A stretch of 64,000 bases of DNA, taken from contig CAVRAL010000004.1 in NCBI GenBank assembly GCA_963719085.1, positions 480,001-544,000 on the forward strand, read 5' to 3'. Of the stretch, positions 57,892-64,000 are shown piece by piece. Made by a program: the position numbers and the translations under genes. Numbering within the stretch: the stretch's first letter is position 1; the number at the start of each line of letters is the position of its first letter. The notes below the pieces were generated by a model. The model saw nothing but the letters and a program-made list of their open reading frames with translations, made no database searches and was not told the DNA's origin. The DNA comes from a candidate division FCPU426 bacterium. Its GTDB lineage: Bacteria; Oederibacteriota; Muellerivitia; Muellerivitales; Muellerivitaceae.

Positions 57892-60800
57892 TTAGCGGCT
57901 GTCCAAAACCTGTCGGATCTTTTGGGCTAGTTCCTCGGCCGTAAAGGGCTTCTGAAGCAAGTGGATGCCGGGGTCCAAGGTTCCCTGGCGGGCCAAAACT
58001 TCCTGAGGATATCCGGACATAAAGATCACTTTCATCTTGGGCCTGGATTTTTTAAGTTTTTGGGCCAATTCTTTTCCATTCATCTTGGGCATCACCGTAT
58101 CGGTCAAGAGCAGGTGGATGGGGCCGGGGGTCTCTTGGGATCTTTTCAACGCCGTTTCGCCGTGGTCGGCTTCCAGCAGCTGGTAGCCTTGTTTTTCCAG
58201 GATGCGCAGAACGATCTTGCGCACCGGTTCCTCGTCCTCGGCCACTAAAATGGTTTCCGTGCCCATGGGCAAAAGGGGCATTTGTTCGGCTTTAGATTTA
58301 GGCGCCTTTCCCGAGGTTTCCGCCGGGAAAAAAATCGTGAAGGTGGTTCCCAATCCCGGATGGCTTTCCAAGCTGATGTGGCCCCGGGCTTGATGAACAA
58401 TGCCATAAACCGTGGAAAGTCCCAGTCCCGTCCCCTTGTCCGCCTTAGTGGTGAAAAAAGGCTCGAAGACTCTTTTTTGAACTTCCGGGGTCATCCCAAT
58501 TCCCGTGTCGGTCACCCAAAGCTTCACATATCCCCCGGCTTGAAGCTCGGGATGTTTGGCCAAGTCCGGATCGGCGGAACTGACGTTCCGGGTGCGCAAA
58601 ACCAACCGTCCCCCCTGGGGCATGGCGTCCCGGGCGTTGAGCGCCAAATTGAGGATGACTTGCTGGATTTGGATCGGGTCCGCTTGGATCGTCCACAAGC
58701 CCGGCTCGGGCTCAATCACGATCTCAATGGGGGCGTCGATAAGCCGGCGCAGCATCTTATTCATCTCGGCCACCGTATCGTTCAGTCTGAAGGGAAGTCG
58801 GCTGGGAAACCTGTTTTTGGCCAAAGACCAGCAGTTGGCGGGTCAGGTCCGCGCCGCGCCGTACCGCCTTTTGAATTTCCATCAGTTCTTCGCGCTGGGA
58901 GGAGTCCTCGGGCAAGCCGGACATTAAAAACTCGGCGTTGCCGCCGATCACGCTGAGTAAATTGTTGAAGTCATGCGCCACCCCGCCGGCGAGCCTTCCG
59001 ATGGCGTCCATTTTTTGAACCAGCCGCATCCGTTCTTCTTGTTTGCGCAGGGCTTCTTGCGCGCTTTTTTCCTTGGTCAAGTCCCGGTAAATCACCGAGA
59101 TGCCCGTGACTTTTCCCCCCGCGTTAAGAATGGGGCAAAGATTGACGGTCACTTCCACCGGATCGCCGTTCTCTTTTAAACGAACCGTCTCGTAATCGGA
59201 GACGTTTTCGCCTTTACCCACCCGGCTCCAAAGACCGCGCATTTCCTCAATCAAGTCCGGCGGCGCCAGCATAAAAATCGACCGGCCCAAAATTTTGGCC
59301 TCGGGGTAACCAAAAAGTTTTTCCGCGCCTCGGTTCCAAACCGTGACCACGCCCTCTAAATCGGTGCTGGAAACCGCGGCGGAGGTTTGCTCCAGGATGG
59401 CCGCCAGTTCGGACAGGGCGCTCTCATTTTTTTTACGCTCGGTCACGTCCTCCGCCATGCCCAGCCCATGGAGGGCCTCGCCCTTTTCGTTGCGGATCAG
59501 CGTGGCGAAAAGGTTGACCCAAACGATCTGTTTATCCTTGCGGATATAGCGCTTTTCCATGGCGTAGCTGTCAATTTCCCCCGAAATCAAATGTTGGTAT
59601 TGCTGAACGTCCAGCCCAATGTCGGGGGGATAGGTGATGTCGATGAAGGACTTGCCGGCCAGTTCCTCCGCCGGGTAGCCCACGAGGGCGCAAAAACGCG
59701 GATTGGCCATCAGGATCTTGGCGTCCAGCCCCACCAGGCAGATGCCCACTGGGCTGTTCTCGAAGATCCGCCGGAAACGCTCCTCGCTTTCCCGCAGGGC
59801 CCGCTCAGCCTTTTTGCGCTCGTCGATCAGCTCGCCCATCAGGCAAACACCGGCCACTTCCCCCTTCGATCCGTAAACCGGGTTATAGGTCACCTCATAC
59901 CAATGGTCCGATCCATCCTGATTGTGGTATTGGCTTTCGAGCCGCAAAGTCTTTCCCGCTAGGGCTTGATCAAACCTTTGTTGGATCATCGCTTGGTGGG
60001 GCCGGGGGGCGTAATCCATTAGTTTTTTCCCCAACTCAAAGGGCGGACCCCCAAGGGCCACTGAGGTTTGGCTGGCCTTATCGTTAAAAGCCACCAGCCG
60101 GCCCTCCAAATCGGTGAGTGAGATTGATTGGACGCTATTGTTGAAGATGGCCCGCAGGTTTCCCTCGGACTGCCTCAATACCTCTTCAGCCTTCTTTTTT
60201 TCCGTGATGTCATGGTAATGCACCACGATTCCCTGCAACCCCGGCGCGAAATAGGTGTGGCTCATCGCCGCCCCTTCCAGGAGCCGCCAGGAGCCGTTTT
60301 TGTGCTTGAAGCGGAATTCCACCCTCCGCTCGCGGCCCGGCGCCTCAAAAAGGTCCTTTAAGGCCTGGGATACCTGGGCGGCATCATCCGGATGAATGAG
60401 CTCAAAACAATTTTTTCCCGTCCGTTCCTCAGGGCTATAGCCCAACATGGGTTGAATCGAGGGGCTCAGATAGGAAGTGACGCCGTCTTTTTCCACGATG
60501 CAAACGCCGTCCAGCGCGTTTTCAATGAGCGCCCGGAACCACTCGCCCCTTTGCTTGAGTTCCTGGGTAATCTGAAAGCGCTCCAAGGCGTAACGGATCG
60601 CTCGCTGAAGCTGGTCCGCGGTCAAGGATCCCTTGAGCAGATAATCGGCGGCGCCCCGGGCGATGGCCTCCCGGTTCAATTCCGGGCTTCCGATTCCGGC
60701 CAAAAGCAAAATCGGCGCCGGGCAGGGGATCATCGCGGCGTCCCTTAAAAAATCCAGGCCGGACTGGGGGCCTAATAAATAATCCACCAAGTAAAGGTCG

Positions 60801-60994
60801 TGCCCGCCCTTTCGAACCGCCTCAATCCCCGCTTCAAACGACGGGATCCAATCCACGTCATACCCCGGGTCCTTGAACCCGGACAAGAGGCGTTGAACCG
60901 CCTCGAAATCCTGGCGGTCATCATCGACCATTAAAATCCGGATATTTTTAAGGCTGTTCAAGGGCGTCATTCTCGGGAAGTTCCACGATCTCAA
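57892..60994 (-). pseudogene. REC-multiPAS-HK-REC hybrid kinase split by a +1 frameshift near 58785-58796
   Basis: ORF 58757..60994 ends just after the AHDFNNLL H-box; ORF 57892..58824 continues LNDTVAEM with HATPase and REC. Confidence 0.8.
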
Positions 60995-61430
60995 GCCAAT
61001 AACATTTAAGCGAATTCATGACCTTCACCAATCCCTCAAAGGTCACCGGCTTGGTGATATAGGAATTGGCCCCCAGGTTATAACCTTTTAGGATGTCCTC
61101 TTCGGCCTTGGACGTGGTGAGAATAACGATCGGGATCTTTTTTAAGTCGGAGTCGCTTTTAATAACCTTCAAGGCCTCCCGGCCGTCAATTTTAGGCATA
61201 TTCAGGTCCAAAAGCACGAAACAGGGCCGAACCGCGTCCTGGTATCGGCCTTGACGCCTCAGGTATTGCAAAAGCTCTTCCCCGTCCGCCACGGTCACTA
61301 ATGGATTGGCGACCCGGTTTTCCCTTAAGGCCTTTTCCACCATCATCTTGTCGTCCCCGTCATCATCCGCGATGAGGATGGGGGCAAATGTTCCCGCGAG
61401 TGTCATATTCTTTTCCTTTCGCTCCATCAA
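60948..61430 (-). CDS. Single-domain response regulator
   Basis: ADDD, LLDLNMP and ITKP motifs. Confidence 0.93.
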   Translation of the reverse strand: MMERKEKNMTLAGTFAPILIADDDGDDKMMVEKALRENRVANPLVTVADGEELLQYLRRQGRYQDAVRPCFVLLDLNMPKIDGREALKVIKSDSDLKKIPIVILTTSKAEEDILKGYNLGANSYITKPVTFEGLVKVMNSLKCYWLEIVELPENDALEQP

Positions 61431-61451
61431 ATTTAGGCTTCTTCCCGATTT

Positions 61452-64000
61452 CTATGACTCCAACTGTTTCGGATGTACCACCGCTTGGCGCAGGGGCAAT
61501 GTCACGGTAAAAAGGGCCCCGGCCCCTTCCTGGCTTTGCGCCTCAATTTTGCCTCCATGACGTTCCGCCACTTTTCGGCAAATCGCCAATCCAATCCCCG
61601 TCCCCGGGTATTGGCCCTGGCCATGAAGCCTTTGAAAAATATTAAAAATCTTTTCGGCGTATTTGGCGTCGAATCCAATCCCGTTGTCCTTCACCTGAAT
61701 CCGGCAGCTTTCTTCGGCCTCATTCGTTTCAGCGCTGATATGGATCAAAGGCGTCTCGCCCGGCTTGTGAAATTTCAGGGCGTTTCCGATCAGATTCTGG
61801 AAAAGCTGCCGCATTTGGGCCGGATCAGCGTCCAGCGTCGGCAGGGCTTCCACTTCCACCTTGCCTTTGGTTTCTTCCAGCCTGATTTCCAAATCGCTGA
61901 GCACTTCCTGAACGATTTCATTCAAGTCCACCGGGATAAAGGGCTTGGCCCGGGTCGTGATCCGGGTCAAATCGAGCAAATCCGAAAGCAAGGTGCTCAT
62001 GCGCAAAGAAGCGTCCCGGATCCGTTTCAGATAATCCTTGCCGGTTTCGGTGAGGGACTTTCCCTCCTCGTCATTCAGAAAATTGCCGAAAGCTTGTATC
62101 TTGCGCAAGGGCTCCTGGAGATCGTGGGAAGCGACAAAAATAAAATCCTGCAGGTCCTTATTGCTGGCTTCCAGGGCCTTGGCATAGACCCTGAGGTTTT
62201 CCTGCTTTTTTTGTTCCGTAATGTCTTCCGAGATGCCCAACAAAAACCGGGGGACGCCGGCGGCGTCCAGGACCGGGATTTTTTTCGTGTGAAGTATGCG
62301 GGGCCCGTGATGGCGGGTTTGGATCGTTTCCTCGGGAATATCCAACAGTTTTCCCTCTTGGATGGTCTTTTGATCCTTGGATGTGAAGAAATCGGCTTCC
62401 GCTTTCGGGAAAAAGTCATAGTCGTTTTTACCGATGAGGTCCGCGCGGGGAATTCCCAACAATTCTTCCCCTGATTTATTGAACATCACAAACCTTAAAT
62501 CTTTCGCGTCCTTCACGAAGACCATATTGGGAAGGTTTTCCAAAACCGTGTTCAGGAAGTTGTTGGCTTGTTTGATTTGCTCCTCGGCTTTTTTTTGTTC
62601 CGTGATGTTGCGGAAAATAGCCACCCCGCCGCGCTTGCGGCCCTTTTCATCCTTCAAGGGCCTGCCCGAGGCGCTGACCAAAATCCCCTCGGGATGCCCG
62701 GCGTTGCGCAGGAACATTTCCACATTATTGGTTTCTTCCCCCTGGACGGCTTTGGCCAGCGGGTTTTCTTTTTCGGGAAAACCGGTTTTTCCATCAGGCA
62801 GGAAAATTCCGAATTGCTCGGTCCATTGCCCCGGCGTGGCGTTTTCACCCGGCCGACCGGAGATTTTCTCGGCCGCAGGGTTAAAGAGCAAAAATTGCCC
62901 TTTATCATCGGCCACCACGACACCATCGGCGATATTTTTAAGGATGGAGTCCAAAAGCTCGGTTTTTTCCTGCAACTCCCTTTGCGCCTTCTTAATCTCG
63001 GTCACATCCCGGGTCACCTTCACGAATCCCCGCAATTCTCCCTTTTCGTCCTTGAGGGCCGTCACCAGCACGTCCGCCTCGAACCGGGAGCCGTCTTTAC
63101 GGACGCGCCAACCCTCTTCCTCGAACCGACCCTTTTCCGCCGCCATCTTCAGCAGCTCCTGCGAATGGGACTTGGCATTGTCTTCCGGCGTATAGAAAGT
63201 GGAGAAGGATTTCCCCAGAATTTCCGCGCGTTTGTAGCCCTTAATCGTTTCCGCTCCCGCGTTCCAGGTCAAAATCCGGCCTTCCCGATCCAGCAGGATG
63301 ATCGAGTAATCCTTGATGGTCTCAATCGCCTTGGCTTCCCCTAGGCGGGTAATCTCCGCCAGGCGTTTACGGTCCGAAATATCCCGCATAAAGGCGATCA
63401 GGCGGGTTTTCCCGGCGAGAACTGTTTTTTGCAGGCTGACTTCTATCCAATAGCTATGGCCGTCCTTGTGGAGCGCCAGCCACTCAAATAGCTGGGGACC
63501 CTCGGTTAAAGCCTTCTGGGCCAAAGGCGCGTAATCGGCCGCGGTAAATCCCGGCTCCCTTGAGAATAGTTTTTCCATCGGTATTTTTTTGTACTCCTCC
63601 AAAGTAAACCCGGTCATTTTTTCCAAGCTGGCGTTCATATCCAAGATCGGATTCTCGACGGCCTCGGGATCGGTGATGATGATGCCGTCATTGGCCTTGT
63701 CGAAAATTTCGCGGTAGCTGGCCTCCGAAGTTTTAACCGCCTGCTCCCGGGCCAAAATCTCGGCCAGCATCTGGTTGAAGGCGTCGGTTAAATAACCCAA
63801 TTCATCCGAGCCGAATTTTTTCGCGCGAACGGAAAAATCCTGATGATTAGAAATGGCGCGGGCCGTCTCGGTCAAAGCCAAGATAGGGGCCGAAATTTGT
63901 TTTTGAAGCGCGCGGGAAAGTACATAAGCCAGCAAAAGCGAGGCGATAATAACGGTCGCCGAAAGCCAAGCGAAGGCTTGGTAACGTTCGGTCAAGGCGG
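61452..64000 (-). CDS. HAMP-multiPAS histidine kinase (N-terminus beyond the window)
   Basis: TM plus HAMP, four PAS-like domains, SHDLQEPLRK, GTGIGLA. Confidence 0.93.
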   Translation of the reverse strand, partial: ALTERYQAFAWLSATVIIASLLLAYVLSRALQKQISAPILALTETARAISNHQDFSVRAKKFGSDELGYLTDAFNQMLAEILAREQAVKTSEASYREIFDKANDGIIITDPEAVENPILDMNASLEKMTGFTLEEYKKIPMEKLFSREPGFTAADYAPLAQKALTEGPQLFEWLALHKDGHSYWIEVSLQKTVLAGKTRLIAFMRDISDRKRLAEITRLGEAKAIETIKDYSIILLDREGRILTWNAGAETIKGYKRAEILGKSFSTFYTPEDNAKSHSQELLKMAAEKGRFEEEGWRVRKDGSRFEADVLVTALKDEKGELRGFVKVTRDVTEIKKAQRELQEKTELLDSILKNIADGVVVADDKGQFLLFNPAAEKISGRPGENATPGQWTEQFGIFLPDGKTGFPEKENPLAKAVQGEETNNVEMFLRNAGHPEGILVSASGRPLKDEKGRKRGGVAIFRNITEQKKAEEQIKQANNFLNTVLENLPNMVFVKDAKDLRFVMFNKSGEELLGIPRADLIGKNDYDFFPKAEADFFTSKDQKTIQEGKLLDIPEETIQTRHHGPRILHTKKIPVLDAAGVPRFLLGISEDITEQKKQENLRVYAKALEASNKDLQDFIFVASHDLQEPLRKIQAFGNFLNDEEGKSLTETGKDYLKRIRDASLRMSTLLSDLLDLTRITTRAKPFIPVDLNEIVQEVLSDLEIRLEETKGKVEVEALPTLDADPAQMRQLFQNLIGNALKFHKPGETPLIHISAETNEAEESCRIQVKDNGIGFDAKYAEKIFNIFQRLHGQGQYPGTGIGLAICRKVAERHGGKIEAQSQEGAGALFTVTLPLRQAVVHPKQLES

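Overview
Bacterial chromosomal window in two parts. (1) Positions 1-18553 are the right-hand portion of an integrative element, mostly AT-richer than the rest of the window. It ends in a tyrosine integrase and a 46-bp tRNA-Asn(GTT) 3'-half att duplication. Its backbone comprises an RHH-like protein, a replication-relaxation-type protein, very large hairpins, an excisionase and the integrase, with RadC and an EVE-like/DUF3883 nuclease next to it. Cargo includes ChrA, PAP2 phosphatases, Fic, a P1B-5-type metal ATPase, an ATP-grasp/SerC/REC-TPR-ATP-grasp trio and a cytochrome c/YceI/outer-membrane cluster. (2) Positions 18554-64000 are GC-richer backbone with many two-component and sigma54 signalling genes, Thr/Pro-rich secreted proteins with FlgD/T9SS-like C-termini, a duplicated-FecR surface operon, two desaturases, PyrD, UppP, LOG, an ECF sigma/NrsF pair and a large zeta-toxin-domain protein. 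The most notable unannotated signals are: a promoter-bounded three-way-junction RNA followed by an amber-interrupted gene; phased operator-like repeats at the Fic and DUF4325 genes; a 39-aa basic peptide behind a sigma54 promoter; and an NtrC-type regulator flanked by two sigma54-driven degenerate CheX-like paralogs. No CRISPR array, rRNA or intact tRNA was seen. All family calls come from motif recognition by eye, not database searches.
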